From NCBI GenBank assembly GCA_951406725.2, contig OX597838.1, positions 11,346,001 through 11,410,000 of the forward strand: 64,000 bases of DNA, in the 5' to 3' direction. The notes beneath the pieces were generated by a model, which was not told the origin of the DNA, made no database searches, and saw only the letters and a list, made by a program, of their open reading frames with translations. Source of the stretch: Octopus vulgaris (taxonomy: Eukaryota). Numbering within the stretch: the first letter of the stretch is position 1; every line of letters starts with the position of its first letter. The translations under genes and the position numbers were made by a program. Positions 1 through 12,830 of the stretch are shown piece after piece.

Positions 1-136
1 AATAGCTGCAGAATTGAAAAACTTTATATTTTTTACTTGTTTCAGTGGATTGGACAGTAGTCGTGCTAGGGTACTGCTTTGAAGGATTTTAGACAAACAA
101 ATCAACCCCACTATTTATTTTTCACAATCTCTACTC

Positions 137-528
137 AGTGGCTGTGTGGTAAGTAGCTTGTTTACCAACCACATGGTTGTGGGTTCAGTCCCACTGCGTG
201 GCACCCCTTGGGCAAGTGTCTTCTGCTATAGCCTCGGGCCGACCAATGCCTTGTGAGTGGATTTGGTAGACGGAAACTGAAAGAAGCCTGTCGTATATAT
301 GTATATGTATGTGTATGTTTGTGTGTCTGTGTTTGTCCCCCTAGCATTGCTTGACAACCGATGCTGGTGTGTTTACATCCCCGTCACTTAGCGGTTTGGC
401 AAAAGAGACCGATAGAATAAGTACTGGGCATACAAAGAATAAATCCCAGGGGTCGATTTGCTTGACTAAAGTCGGTGCTCCAGCATGGCCGCAGTCAAAT
501 GACTGAAACAAGCAAAAGAGTAAAGAGT
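137..528 (+). mobile_element. tRNA-derived SINE family A (~400 bp, internal TA/TG microsatellite, AAAGAGT tail)
   Basis: A-box TGGCTGTGTGG, B-box GGTTCAGTCC; near-identical copies across the window. Confidence 0.85.
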
Positions 529-1157
529 ATAGAGAAAAGGCCAATAGGATGTATTTAGAAATCAGATATGCCAGAGACACAACCCTTTCTGTGCTAAAAA
601 ACAGTAACATTTTCTGTCTTAAACAAAATTATCAAAAACTGTCAATGGAACAAGATGCAATAAATTTGAAAATTTACTTGGATAATGTGATTTGCAAGAC
701 AGATGTAAACCTGATTTTGATCATGCATTAGGTGACTTGGTGTGAGGTCCTCAGCCATAATAGTTGTAAAAGTATTATTGTATCATATAAATTATGGAAC
801 TCGGGAAATGCTTGTTTTTCTTTTGTAAAATCAAATTAAATTATTCTGTTTATTCCACATCAAATTCATGTTCTATGACCTCAAAAACATATATGAAGAC
901 ATATTATATGACATTTTTGGTAACAGCTACTGATTTTGTTAAAAAAATTGTGTATTTTGGCTGCCATCTTGAATTTCTGCCTTATTGGAAAATCAAATTG
1001 CAAAATTAATACTATTTTTGGATTCAGAATATTAATAAACACATGCTAAGCTAAAATACTATATAAAGTTAATCCAAACAAGAAAGCACAAAAAAACACA
1101 ACAACGCGAGGACGTGGAACAAATATGGTATTATTGGACGCTCAGAAAAGAAGGAGG

Positions 1158-1192
1158 GTTTAATGTTTCGAGCGGAGCTCTTCGTCGGAAAC
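1158..1192 (-). ncRNA. Minimal hammerhead-like motif
   Basis: GTTT-CCGACGA-A-GAGC-tcc-GCTC-GAAACAT-T-AAAC on -. Confidence 0.5.
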
Positions 1193-1729
1193 ATAGGAGA
1201 AGTAAAGATCCAGAGAAGGGAAGACAGAGGAAAAAAAAAATCACCAACGGTACACACGCAGTCATATTATATTTACATACACTATGGGGTTTTAAATAGA
1301 TTAAATTAGTATTTACCCCTATGTTGGGGTGGGGTGGGGGTTCAAACTTCAAGGGATATGTACAGGGAGTTGCCCCTCACACCTACCCTACAATGTTATT
1401 CTCTCTGTGTCCATAGTCTTGCAAGCTGCATGGTAACCTCAATGGTGCTGGTGGCCAAAAAAGAAAAAAAAAGACCATCCAGTTACACACTGTAAAGTGG
1501 TGGGCATTAGGAAGGACATCCAATCATGGAACCAATCACATCGCCGAAATCTCAAAGCTACAAGAGAATGTATGATAAATTCAAAACAATGTGAATAAAG
1601 GGTTAAATTTCATTTTAATTTATATTCCAAACACCAGCTTAGTAATGGCAATGGAATTACACTAAATTCCTTATCTTTTATTCTTTAAAATTTACTCCAA
1701 GGGCAGAGTATTTCAACAGCAATATCTCC

Positions 1730-2003
1730 AGAGTGTTGGCTGCGGGGTCACTCCGAAGAGCTCTATCTGCGACGATTTCATCTCAATCGAAGGAGAGGGG
1801 CTTTCTCCGTCCGGGTTGCAGATCCGTGGAATAAGCTGCCGGACGAGATAGTCAAGATGCCGACGACCGCTCGGTTCAAAGTTTCTCTTGACCAGAAATG
1901 GCCTGAACTCTTTGCATGAACACCCTCCCTGTACATAACTCCATGTCCCCCTACATGGCCTTGCTTTTTGCTTTTTGAGCCAAAAAAATTAACTTAACTT
2001 AAC
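1730..2003 (+). mobile_element. CR1-like LINE 3' end
   Basis: Translates LRGHSEELYLRRFHLNRRRGAFSVRVADPWNKLPDEIV...; short 3'UTR and TAAC(T) tail; second copy at 6340-6575 on -. Confidence 0.7.
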
Positions 2004-2503
2004 AAAAGGGTTAGCTGAGATTTCATATTACAGTTTTCTGAAGGACATGGAGATGTGAGGATGCCTATAACTCACTCCATAATGTCACAAGGAATCTTTG
2101 TCAGCATTAAGCAATTACTCTAAGAACAATATATAATTGCAATTATCAGGATTCCTTAAGTAATCATTCACGGAGATATATAGAGGAACATCAATCATTT
2201 GATAATTATGCAATGACTATTATTTTCAGAATTAATGTCATGTGTAATTAGTGCGGTGTACTAATTTGTTATTAAGTATTGATTAATCCACTCACCTTCC
2301 CTTCTACATATCCACCCCACAACAGTGTTAACAAAGGAGATCTCAAAGTGGTCATCAAATCTGCTAGAAATAACAGCCAAATTTCCTGAAAAAGCTTCTA
2401 CATAGTCACTCAACCTGCTAGAAATAATAGTAATATCCCTCCTAACATTACACTCTTCTCATTTAAAAAAAAATGCATTGGCTAGTGTTAGACAGCATAC
2501 TGC

Positions 2504-2898
2504 GAGTGGCTGTGTGGTAAGTAGCTTGTTTACCAACCACATGGTCCCGGGTTCAGTCCCACTGCGTGGCACCTTGGGCAAGTGTCTTCTACTATATCTT
2601 CGGGCCGACCAAGGCCTTGTGAGTGGATTTGGTAGACGGAAACTGAAAGAAGCCTGTCGTATATATATATGTATGTGTGTATGTGTTTGTGTGTCTGTGT
2701 TTGTCCCCCTAGCATTGCTTGACAACCGATGCTGGTGTGTTTATGTCCCCGTTACTTAGTGGTTCGGCAAAAGAGACCGATAGAATAAGTACTGGGCTTA
2801 CAAAAGAATAAGTCCCGGGGTTGAGTTGCTCGATTAAAGGCGGTGCTCCAGCATGGCCGCAGTCAAATGACTGAAACAAGTAAAAGAGTAAAAGAGTA
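2504..2898 (+). mobile_element. SINE family A
   Basis: Full-length copy matching 137-528. Confidence 0.85.
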
Positions 2899-3679
2899 TA
2901 GCTGGAATCCCTTTGATCATAGATTGGCTTAATCAAAACTGGCCTAGGGTTAAACAGCAAAAGCTATCAAGTACTTTCAGACAGATCCCATTTAGCCTTA
3001 CATTATTCATCTTCGTTATTTCACTTGGATTGAGATAAAGAATATATAATAGCAATGAAGACAATACTAATACAAATTATAGTTTCTTTACAAAAACAGG
3101 AAGCCTGAGCTATCTTCTTCAAGAACAATAGATAGAATCAGTGATCGGAATGTCGAAAACATTAAAAGATATCCTGGAACAGGTTTTTTCACATAAAGGC
3201 TATTGAATGATAATATTTAGAAGATGTTATACTGTTTTTCATAATAATAATAATCCTTTCTATTAAAGGCACAAGGCCTGAAATTTCGATGGGAGGGGAC
3301 TAGTTAATTACATCAACCCCCAGTGTTTCACTGGTACTTAATTTATCGACCCCCAAAAGGATGAAAGGCAAAGTCGACCGTGACGGAATTTGAACTCAGA
3401 ACAGACAGATGGGCAAAATACCGCTAAGCATTTTGCCCGGCATGCTAATGATTCTGCCAGATAATAACAACTTCAGATTTTGGCACAAGGCCAGTACTTT
3501 TTGAGGGGAGGGGGAAGTCAATTACATTGACCCTAGTGATCAGCCGGTACTTATTCAATCAACCCGAAAGGATGAAAGACAAAGCTGACCTCGGTGGAAT
3601 TTGAATCCAGAGTGTAAAGACAGATGAACTGCCACAAAGCATTTGGTCTGGATGCTAATGATTCTGTCAGTTTGCCATA

Positions 3680-4073
3680 CTCTTTTTACTCTTTTACTTG
3701 CGGCCATGCTGGAGCACCGCCTTTAGTCGAGCAAATCGACCCTGGGACTTATTCTTTGTAAGCCCAGTACTTATTCTATCGGTCTCTTTTGCCGAACCGC
3801 TAAGTGACGGGGACGTAAACACACCAGCATCGGTTGTCAAGCAATGCTAGGGGGACAAACACAGACACACAAACACATATACACACACATATATATATAT
3901 ATATACATATATACGACGGGCTTCTTTCAGTTTCCGTCTACCAAATCCACTCACAAGGCATTGGTTGGCCCGAGGCTATAGCAGAAGACACTTGCCCAAG
4001 ATGCCACACAGTGGGACTAAACCCGGAACCATGTGGTTGGTTAGCAAGCTACTTACCACACAGCCACTCCTGC
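3680..4073 (-). mobile_element. SINE family A
   Basis: Reverse-complement copy. Confidence 0.85.
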
Positions 4074-4680
4074 ACCATCTTTATTTTCAGAATGATAATG
4101 GTTCCAAATTTTGGCACAAGACCAGCAGGTTTGGTGGGGAGAGGTAAGCCGTTGTCATATCTCCCCCAATATTCAACTGGTACTTATTTTACTTTATAGC
4201 ATAAAAAAAATACAAATATGTTTAAAAAGCAGTTTACGATTTTTATAAAACAAAATATGTTGCTTTTTTTTTATAAATTTGAATTAGAGACAGGCCTGGC
4301 TCTGTGGTTAAGAAATTCACTTCACAACTTTATATGGTACTTTTTTTTTTATTTATCTTGGAGATATGAAAGGCAAAGTTGACCTCAGCAAGACGGGAAC
4401 TCAATGTAAAGATCTAAAACAAATTCTGCAAAAAAATTTTTTCTGACATTCTAACAATTCTGCCAATCCACAATCCACTGCCTTTATGATGATGATTTCT
4501 AACACTAATTTGTGACATGACAATAACAATTTGATATACACACACAAAAATATACACACACAAAAATCATTTTTTTCCCCTGGTCAGTTTATAGTGAAAT
4601 TTTCATGAAATCTTTTTTAATCACATGAAAGTTTATTTTTGTACTATTCAGGGATATAAAAAATATTAACAAAAATATTA

Positions 4681-5099
4681 GCAGGAGTGGCTGTGTGGTA
4701 AGTAGCTTGCCTACCAACCACATGGTTCCGGGCTCAGTCCCACTGCGTGGCATCTTAGGCAAGTGTCTTCTGCTATAGCCCCGGGCCGACCAATGCCTTG
4801 TGAGTGGATTTGGTAGACGGAAACTGAAAGAAGCCTGTCGTATATATATATATATATATATATATGTCTGTGTGTGTTTGTGTGTGTATGTTTGTGTGTC
4901 TGTTTGTCCCCCCAGCATCGCTTGACAACCGATGCTTGTGTGTTTACGTCCCCATCACTTAGCAGTTCGGCAAAAGAGACCGATAGAATAAGTACTAGGC
5001 TTACAAAAGAATAAGTCCTGGGGTCGATTTGCTCGACTAAATGCGGTGCTCCAGCATGGCCACAGTCAAATGACTGAAACAAGTAAAAGAGTAAAAGAG
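4681..5099 (+). mobile_element. SINE family A
   Basis: Full-length copy whose tail ends about 27 bp from the coiled-coil exon donor. Confidence 0.85.
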
Positions 5100-5126
5100 A
5101 ATAACAAAAATGAAAGAATGGCTTAC

Positions 5127-6030
5127 CATTGTTCCACAAGTTCTTGGAGTTTCGCCCACAGACAGATTTCCAAAACAGTTCGAATAAGAGCCGAAACTGT
5201 GTTCGAGTAAAAACGAATTACTTTTATCTCCAAATATTAATTTTTCAAGACTTTTAAGTTTCTCTAAATAACGAAGAGAGACGAGCTTATTGCTGCTTTG
5301 AAAAATATCCAGAAATTCAGTTTGAATTCTCTCCTTAATATTATTTAACTGCTGCTGATATTCATCATTTTCTAAACATTTATTATAATATTGGTCACCG
5401 AGAGATTTAATCTGAGACTGTAGAAATTTGATTTCCTTTTTCAAACACTCAATGTCCTGTTTGTATACGGTGTCGAATATTTCAGACTTTTCAAGCTCTA
5501 AAGCAATTCGGATGGAGTCTTCTTTCTCAAGAACAAACAATTTTTTCAATTGCTTCACCTCTTCATCTTTGTATTTCAAGATTTCATTCAGTTCATTATC
5601 TTTTTCCTTGCGAAGCCGTTCAATAACCTGATTCAGTTCAAGCTGCTGGCTTTCCAGCAACATTCCTTCAAGATCATGTAAGCACTGCCATTTCTCTTTC
5701 TCCCAGGTTTGTCTTTTCATATGTAATTCCTTAGACTGAGCTAAACGTAATCTCTGGTTCCGTTTTCTTTCGGAGTCAATGGATCTTTGTAATTTTCTAA
5801 TCGTATTGCACATCTGAGGAAGAATTTCCTTACCTAGATACTGTTTTGATTCCAAGCTGAAGGAACTGGTTAAAATGTGCCTATGCCCCTCATTCAAGTC
5901 GAGATCAGCTAACCTTGAATTGGGGCAAACAGACATGTTTGGACTGAGTCTGCTTCTGGGTACTGGTGATAAGCTGTGAACTGACATTGTCGCTTGAACC
6001 CTGACAACTGGAGCACAATTGCCTTCATCA
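5127..6030 (-). CDS. Large coiled-coil exon, RIMS-binding-protein/JAKMIP-like N-terminal coiled coil (partial gene)
   Basis: Acceptor tttctctttttag at 6031, frame open from the acceptor (ATG at 5987), donor ATG|GTAAGC at 5126. Heptad-rich KEKDNELNEILKYKDEEVKQLKKLFVLEKEDSIRIALEL recalls the RIMBP3 N-terminus (from memory, not aligned). Confidence 0.7.
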
Positions 6031-6339
6031 CTAAAAAGAGAAAAATAGAATAAGGAATGAAACTAAAGTTACAAAACATACATACATATATCATCATCAT
6101 CATCATCATCATTTAACATCTGTTTTCCCAGCTGGCATGGGTTGGACGATTTGACCGGGGCTGGCAAGCTGGAAGGCTGCACCAGACTCCAGTATGATTT
6201 GCGTGGTTTCTACCTTCCAAATACCAACCACTCAGAGTGTAATGGGTGCTTTTATGTGCCACTGGCATGGGTGCCATTTGCGTGACTCTGGTATCTGCCA
6301 CAACTACGATTTAGCTTCCCAAGCACGACAATGCCAAAG

Positions 6340-6575
6340 GTTAGTTAGCTAGTTAATTTTTGGCTCAAAAGCAAATAGCAAGGCCATGTAGGGGGACATG
6401 GAGATAAGTACAGGGTGGTGTTCATGTAAAGAGTTCAGGCCACTTGAGGTCAAGGGGGACTTTGAACAAAGCGGTCGTCGGCATCTTCACCATCTCGTCT
6501 GGCAGCTTGTTCCACGGATCCGCAACCCGGACGGAGAAAGCTCCTCTCCTTCGATTGAGATGAAATCGTCGCAGG
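6340..6575 (-). mobile_element. CR1-like LINE 3' end (second copy)
   Basis: Reverse-complement match to about 1770-2003. Confidence 0.7.
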
Positions 6576-6679
6576 TCATGAAATCGTCTCAGTCATTGCC
6601 TCTGTGAGGCCCAACACCTGAAAGGAGCTCAGCCACTTCACCTCCATGAGGCCCAACACTCAAAAGGTGCTTCAAAAGT

Positions 6680-6890
6680 CTTGGTCATTTTTTTTTATTG
6701 AAACATTGTGTTCATGACACACAGATCCATCTCTATACACATTTGTAATAGCAGTAAACCCACTACCGTTGGAACTCCCAATCCCATGCCTCCCTAAAAC
6801 ACTCCTAGTCTCCCAATCTGCACCAACATGAGCACTAAAATTACCTAAAATGACAAATTTGTCATCATTGGGGTACTGCGTATAATCCCT
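6680..6890 (-). mobile_element. RTE-clade LINE endonuclease fragment
   Basis: DDKFVILGNFSAHVGADWE...VLGRHGIGSSN, typical of RTE APE domains. Confidence 0.65.
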
Positions 6891-6894
6891 GGCA

Positions 6895-7495
6895 CATGTA
6901 TGTTTGTGTACATGTATGTATATGTGTATGTGCACATGTGCATGCATGTATGTTAGTGTGTGTATGTATGTTAGTGTGTGTATATGTGCTTATGTGTGCA
7001 TCTTTGTGCATGAGTGCATGTGTGTGTGCATAAGTGCATGCGTGTGTGCATGAGTGTATTGTGTGTGCATGTGTGCATTGTATGTGCATGTGTGTATGAG
7101 TGCATGTATGTGTGCATAAGTGTATGTGTGTGTGCATGAGTGTATTGTGTGTGCATGTGTGCATTGTATGTGCATGTGTGTATGAGTGCATGTATGTGTG
7201 CATAAGTGCATGCGTGTGTGCATGAGTGTATTGTGTGTGCATGTGTGCATTGTATGTGCATGTGTGTATGAGTGCATGTATGTGTGCATAAGTGCATGTG
7301 TGTGTGCATGTGCAGTGCATGCGTGTGCATGAGTGCATAGTATGTGTATGAGTGCATGTGTGTGTACATAAGTGCATTGTGTGCATGAGTGCATATATGT
7401 GTGCATAAGTGCATGTGTGTGCATTAGTGCATGTGTGTGTGCATTAGTGCATGTGTGTGCATATGCAAATGCATGTGTGTGTGCATGTGTATATA
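6895..7495. repeat. TG/TGCA-rich minisatellite with an 86-bp higher-order period
   Basis: CATAAG marker at 7029, 7115, 7201, 7287. Confidence 0.85.
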
Positions 7496-7658
7496 TGCAA
7501 GCATGGAAAAGTGAATATTAAAATGATGATGATGATGGTGATATGTAATTTTCTAAATCAATTAAAACTTATATGTAGCTTATTTAATTACGAACACGCT
7601 AACTAAATTGTTAAACAATACAACAAAATCATTTACTTATGAAGAATTGTATATTGGG

Positions 7659-8040
7659 TGGAAGCACTCCGTTGGTTACGATGACGAGGGTTCCGGTTGA
7701 TCCGAATCAACGGAACAGCCTGCTCGTGAAATTAACGTGTAAGTAGCTGAGCACTCCACAGACACGTGTACCCTTAACATAGTTCTCGGGGATATTCAGC
7801 GTGACACAGAGTGACAAGGCCGGCCCTTTGAAATACAGGTACAACAGAAACAGGAAGTAAGAATGAGAGAAAGTTGTGGTGAAAGAGTACAGCAGGGATC
7901 ACCACCATCCCCTGCCGGAGCCTCGTGGAGCTTTAGGTGTTTTCGCTCAATAAACACTCACAACGCCCGGTCTGGGAATCGAAACCGCGATCCTATGACC
8001 GCGAGTCCACTGCCCTAACCACTGGACCATTGCGCCTCCA
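7659..8040 (-). mobile_element. tRNA-derived SINE family D
   Basis: Head GGAGGCGCAATGGTCCAGTGGTTAGGGCAG...GGTTTCGATTCC on -; headless copy at 28327-28628 (+), related copy at 59398-59712 (-). Confidence 0.8.
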
Positions 8041-9359
8041 CTGTATATTAAGACATAAGCAATGAATGGAAGTTAACTGTTCCGTTGAGCTCAAGTTCAT
8101 TATATCTCGACTCACTTAACAGTGCATGAACAAGCAGCAGGTAAAGATTTCTTTGGACACAAAATAGTTATGAAGAAAAAAAAGAAAGAATGTTGAATAT
8201 ATAATCAAAATATGAATTATTCAAACAATTTTGAACACAGAATTGTTTTAGAATTTATTCAAATGGCTTCAAACTCTTAAGAACTTGGAAAAACAATGGT
8301 AATTAGGTTTTTTGATTTCCCAAAACACACGGATACATGTTGCTAACCGACTCGAATTTGTTTGTTTTGTTTCTTGTCTTTAGTGATGAAAGTTTTATAA
8401 GCACTTAAGTACAGATATATAAACAAGTGTTGTCGCTGTTTAATCCAAGGTCAGCTCTCACTGAGTAGACATATACATTAGTGACAGAGGCAGGATTCAT
8501 ATCAAGAGGTAATATTTATTGCCACTTAAACATGGATGTTCTGTTGGAACAAACTATACTGCAGTGGATACCATGAGAGAAACTCTCATATTGGCTTTCG
8601 GTACATATAAGCACTCACCAGGTGGAGCTATTACTTCTCTGGTACTATAAACAGAATGATTAGAACAGTGATTTTCAACCGGGGGTCCACATATGATTTT
8701 TAGGGGACCACACAAGCAAAATTGGGTCCACAATAGCATTTTATGGTCCCATGAAAAATTTAGTGGGGAAATAAATCACCACCCATCTCCAGTGCTGAGA
8801 CCACCTGATCACCTGATTTCAACCTTCCTTGGTCTCATTAATGATGGATACTCAACTGCTAAAGGTAGATAGCAGCAACTCATCTCCCTACTAAAGGTAC
8901 ATAGAAAAACAGTGCCAGAACAGGCCCTGGTGTCACAATTAGCCAGTGATCTTGCTAGAAGATATACATTAGTGACAGAGGCAGTATTCATATCAAGAGG
9001 TAATATTTATCCCCACTTAAACATGGATGTTCTGTTGGAACAAACTATACTGCAGTGGATACCATGAGAGAAACTCTGATATTGGCTTTTGGTGTTAAAT
9101 GCATGCTAGGAGGGAGAGAAATTCCTGCCATCTCCGGTGCTCTCAGCACTAGATGATTTGATTTTGACCTTACTTAGCCTTTTCAATGATGGACGCTTGA
9201 CCGCTAGAGATAGCAGCAACTCATCTCTCACCACTTGCAATATATTGGAAAACAGTTCCACAACACAACAGCTTGAGCAAGAGTGTTCTACCTTTGTGCA
9301 AGGCAGACCAATGCTTGGTGAGTGAATTTGGAGGACAAAATCTCTGTGAAGGCCCATCA

Positions 9360-9900
9360 TGTATGCGCGAGTGTGTGTGCGTGTGCATGCATGTGAGCAA
9401 AATTTGGCTGTCATGTGTGAGAGCATGCACGTGCGCATGTGTGCACTTCATGTGTGAAGGCTTGTGTGTGTACACGTGCATGTTACATGAGAGTGTGTGT
9501 ATACGTGCATGTTACATGAGAGTGTGTGGGTATACGTGCATGTTACATGAGAGTGTGTGTATACGTGCATGTTACATGAGAATGTGTTCAATTGTGTGCA
9601 TGTTATGCATGTGTGTGCACATGCATGCATGTGGACAGTGCATGTTATGTGTGTGTGTGTGTGCATGAGCACGAGTGCATGTTATAGGAGTTTGTATGTG
9701 CATGATACATGTGTGTGTGTGTGTGTGCACATTTGTATGTTGTGTGAGGGTGTGTGTGTGTACATGTTACGTGTGAGGGTACACCAAGTGTGTCAGTATG
9801 CTACGCATGCAGGCATGTGTGCACACGTGCATGCATCTATGCATGAATGAATATATGCATGTATGCACATGTGGGAATGTGCTTGTATGTAGGTGCATGT
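9360..9900. repeat. TG/TGCA low-complexity tract including a 30-bp tandem unit
   Basis: tacgtgcatgttacatgagagtgtg repeated about 4 times at 9470-9585. Confidence 0.8.
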
Positions 9901-9920
9901 ATCTTCATACTGGTACCACT

Positions 9921-10152
9921 CGGCGAACTGGCAGAAACGTTAGCACGCCGGGCGAAATGCGTAGCCGTATTTCGTCTGTCGTTACGTTCTGAGTTCAAAT
10001 TCCGCCGAGTTCGACTTTGCCTTTCATCCTTTCGGGGTCGATAAATTAAGTACCAGTTACGCACTGGGGTCGATCTAATCGACTTAATCCATTTGTCTGT
10101 CCTTGTTTGTCCCCTCTGTGTTTGGCCCCTTGTGGGTAGTAAAGAAATAGGT
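9921..10152 (+). mobile_element. tRNA-derived SINE family B (GTCGACTTTGCCTTTCATCCTTTCGGGGTCGATAAA core, Meta-domain-like)
   Basis: B-box GAGTTCAAATTCC; flanked by 13-bp direct repeat GGTACCACTCGGC; other copies near 3255-3460, 3476-3676, 17823-18012, 58690-58830, 59150-59350. Confidence 0.8.
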
Positions 10153-10819
10153 ACCACTCGGCTCACAGTGGAAAACTTTATCCCACATGAACATAAACAT
10201 TCAATTGTACGGCAGATTGTGTAAAACTGCAAAATGAAATACTTGAAAACTGAAGGTTGGCATCAGAACGGACAGACAACTGCCTCAACAAGTTTCAAGC
10301 AACAGGTACCAGTATGGAAAAATCCAGATGTTAGCAATGATCATGATGATGGTCACCCTAATCCAGCTAATTATGTTGATGATGATTATGCTGATGACCC
10401 TGATAATAATTACAATGATGATTATGATGATCATGATGACCGTCTCCAACATACCAGTTTACCAAGCTCTAACAGTCAGAAACAGAAACACATACTTCAT
10501 GATAGCCAGAGTCTAGAGCCACAGAAGATTCATGAAGTCAGTGAACACAAATATATCTAAATGTCAGCCACATAACAATAGAATAACATTTTTTTCTTGA
10601 GTAAATATCAGCATTGTGTTTCTATGGCATGATTCATATGAAATGCTATATTCTTTGTCCATTAAATCTCGGATTATTGGTAAGCGGATCAGAGGTTATT
10701 CTTTAAACAAACCAGAGAGATCTTGATGTGAAATATAAGAGTGCAAACAGAGAGCAGCATTCTTTGTATTTTTTTTTTCTTTTTGAGATGTTTTTACATC
10801 CAGTTGTATAACTATATAT

Positions 10820-11220
10820 AGGCACAGGAGTGGTGGCTGTGTGGTAAGAAGCCTGCTTTGCAACCACATGGGTCCAGGTTCAGTCCTACTGCATGGCACC
10901 CCTTGGGCAAGTTGTCTTCTACTATAGCCTCAGGCTGACCAAAGCCTTATGAGTAGATTTGGTTGACAGAAACTGAAAGAAGCCCATCGTGTATATATAT
11001 ATATGTATATATATATATGTATATGTGTCTGTGTTTGTTCCCCCACCATCGGTTGACAACCAATTTTGATATGTTTATGTCCCTGTAACTTAGCAGTTCA
11101 GCAATAGAGACCCATAGAAAAAGTACTAGGCTTACAAAGTATAAGTCCTGGGGCTGATTTGATCAACTAAAGGCACTGCTCCATCATGGCCACAGTCAAC
11201 TGACTGAAACAAGTAAAAGA
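10820..11220 (+). mobile_element. SINE family A (diverged)
   Basis: Same head, body and tail with more substitutions. Confidence 0.8.
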
Positions 11221-11324
11221 ATATATATACAGACACAGCAGAACCTTGCAGCACGACTGCACTATTGTATGAGTAATTTGCTGTACGAGCCAAGGCTCGT
11301 GCAAAGTTTTGTCTTAAAGTCATT

Positions 11325-11608
11325 ATCATCATCATCATCATCGTTTAACGTCTGCTTTCCATGCTAGCATGGGTTGGACGATTTTGACCACGGGCTGGCG
11401 AACCAGATGGCTGCACCAGGCTCCAATCTTGGTTTGGCAGAATTTCTACAGCTAGATACCCTTCCTAACGCCAACCATTCCGAGAGTGTAGTGGGTGCTT
11501 TTTACGTCCCACCGGCACAGGGGCCAGTCAGGCGGTACGGGCAACGACCTCGCTCGAATCTTTTTACACATGCCACCAGCACAGGTGCCAGTAAGGCGAC
11601 GTTGGTCG
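11325..11608 (-). mobile_element. SINE-like family C (AGGAAGGGCATCCAGCTGTAGAAAC V-domain-like core, (GAT)n tail)
   Basis: Copies also at about 6092-6300, 30340-30500, 31983-32266, 33440-33740, 41130-41309. Confidence 0.7.
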
Positions 11609-11925
11609 AAATCCACAGTACGAGTGAATTTAATATAAGCGACCACTAGTCGGTGCTGAGCTCACACATGCTCTCCCAACAAGCGCAGCCTCCGCTTGCT
11701 CAGTTCACGTGTTTATCTTGTGGCAGCATTCCCGTTGTGTTTTTCCTCATGTTTCTTTTTTGTGCATTTTTTGCTCGTATTTTATTATAATTAGTTGTGT
11801 TAGCCAAGGGTCCTAAGTAGGTTTAGTGCAAGGGACAGTGCTGAGAAGAAAAAGCTGATTACAATAGAATTGAAGAAGGAAGTCATTGAAAAACATGAGA
11901 GAGGAATGCATGTAGTGGACATAAC

Positions 11926-12329
11926 ATTCTTTTCTTTTATTCTTTTACATGTTTCAGTCATTTGATTGCGGCCATGCTGGAGCACCGCCTTTAGTCGAGC
12001 AAATCGACCCCGGGACTTATTCTTTGTAAGCCCAGTACTTACTCTATCGGACTCTTTTGCCGAACCGCTAAGTGACGGGGACGTAAACACACACCAGCAT
12101 CGCTTGTCAAGCAATGCTAGGGGGACAAACACAGACACACAAACACACACAGACATATATATATACATATATACGACAGTCTTCTTTCAGTTTCCGTCTA
12201 CCAAATCCACTCACAAGGCATTGGTCGGCCCAGGGCTATAGCAGAAGACACTTGCCCAAGTTGCCACGCAGTGGGACTGAACCCGGAACCATGTGGTTGG
12301 TTAGCAAGCTACTTACCACACAGCCACTC
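11926..12329 (-). mobile_element. SINE family A inserted in a Tigger fragment
   Basis: Interrupts the transposase reading frame between ...HVVDI and ICNIQ... Confidence 0.85.
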
Positions 12330-12609
12330 AATACAACCTAAACACATCAATGATCTGCAACATCCAGGAGGAAAAGGACAAGATCAAGGCCATTACAACA
12401 GCAAACAGTTTCTCCAGGCTCTCCAAGCAAAGTACATCGGTCCACAAAGAGATGGAAAAATTGCTTCTCCTGTGGATCAACAAGAAGCAACTTGCAGGAG
12501 ATATGATTATGGGGACCATCATCTGCAAGAAAGCGCAAGCATTGTATGGGGATCTTCTGAAGCAGAACCCTGGAACATCGACAGAGGAGACATCAGCAGA
12601 TACATTTAA

Positions 12610-12830
12610 CCCTTTAGCATTCAAACCGGCCATATCTGGCCAAAATATTTAGCCCGTTTTATATTGAAACCGACCAGAGCTCACCTCTCACCTCAGCCCT
12701 ACCATATCATTCTAAAACTAAAAAGATCACATCACTGAAATCTCTAAACTACAAGATAATGCCTGATTAATTCAAAAAAATATAAATAAACAAACATCAC
12801 ATTTGATAGAATAATCTGAACACTAAAGGG
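12610..12830. mobile_element. piggyBac-type MITE
   Basis: TTAA|CCCTTTAG...CTAAAGGG|TTAA. Confidence 0.8.

Noticed and set aside
162-610. Recurrent ORFs such as RQASFSFRLPNPLTR... and QSFDCGHAGAP...
   Set aside because: They are translations of SINE family A copies, not genes.
6865-7424. His/Thr/Cys-rich ORFs (also 9273-9850, 19229-19816, 56322-56874, 49326-51348)
   Set aside because: They are translations of CA/TA/TACA microsatellites, open in several frames with no splice or domain support.
7960-8040. tRNA-like sequences (also 56340-56415 and SINE A heads)
   Set aside because: A and B boxes are present but there is no complete cloverleaf or acceptor stem, and they continue into repeat bodies; SINE heads.
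10234-10560. Asp-rich 108-aa ORF
   Set aside because: Driven by a degenerate (GAT)n tract; no recognisable domain or convincing splice sites.
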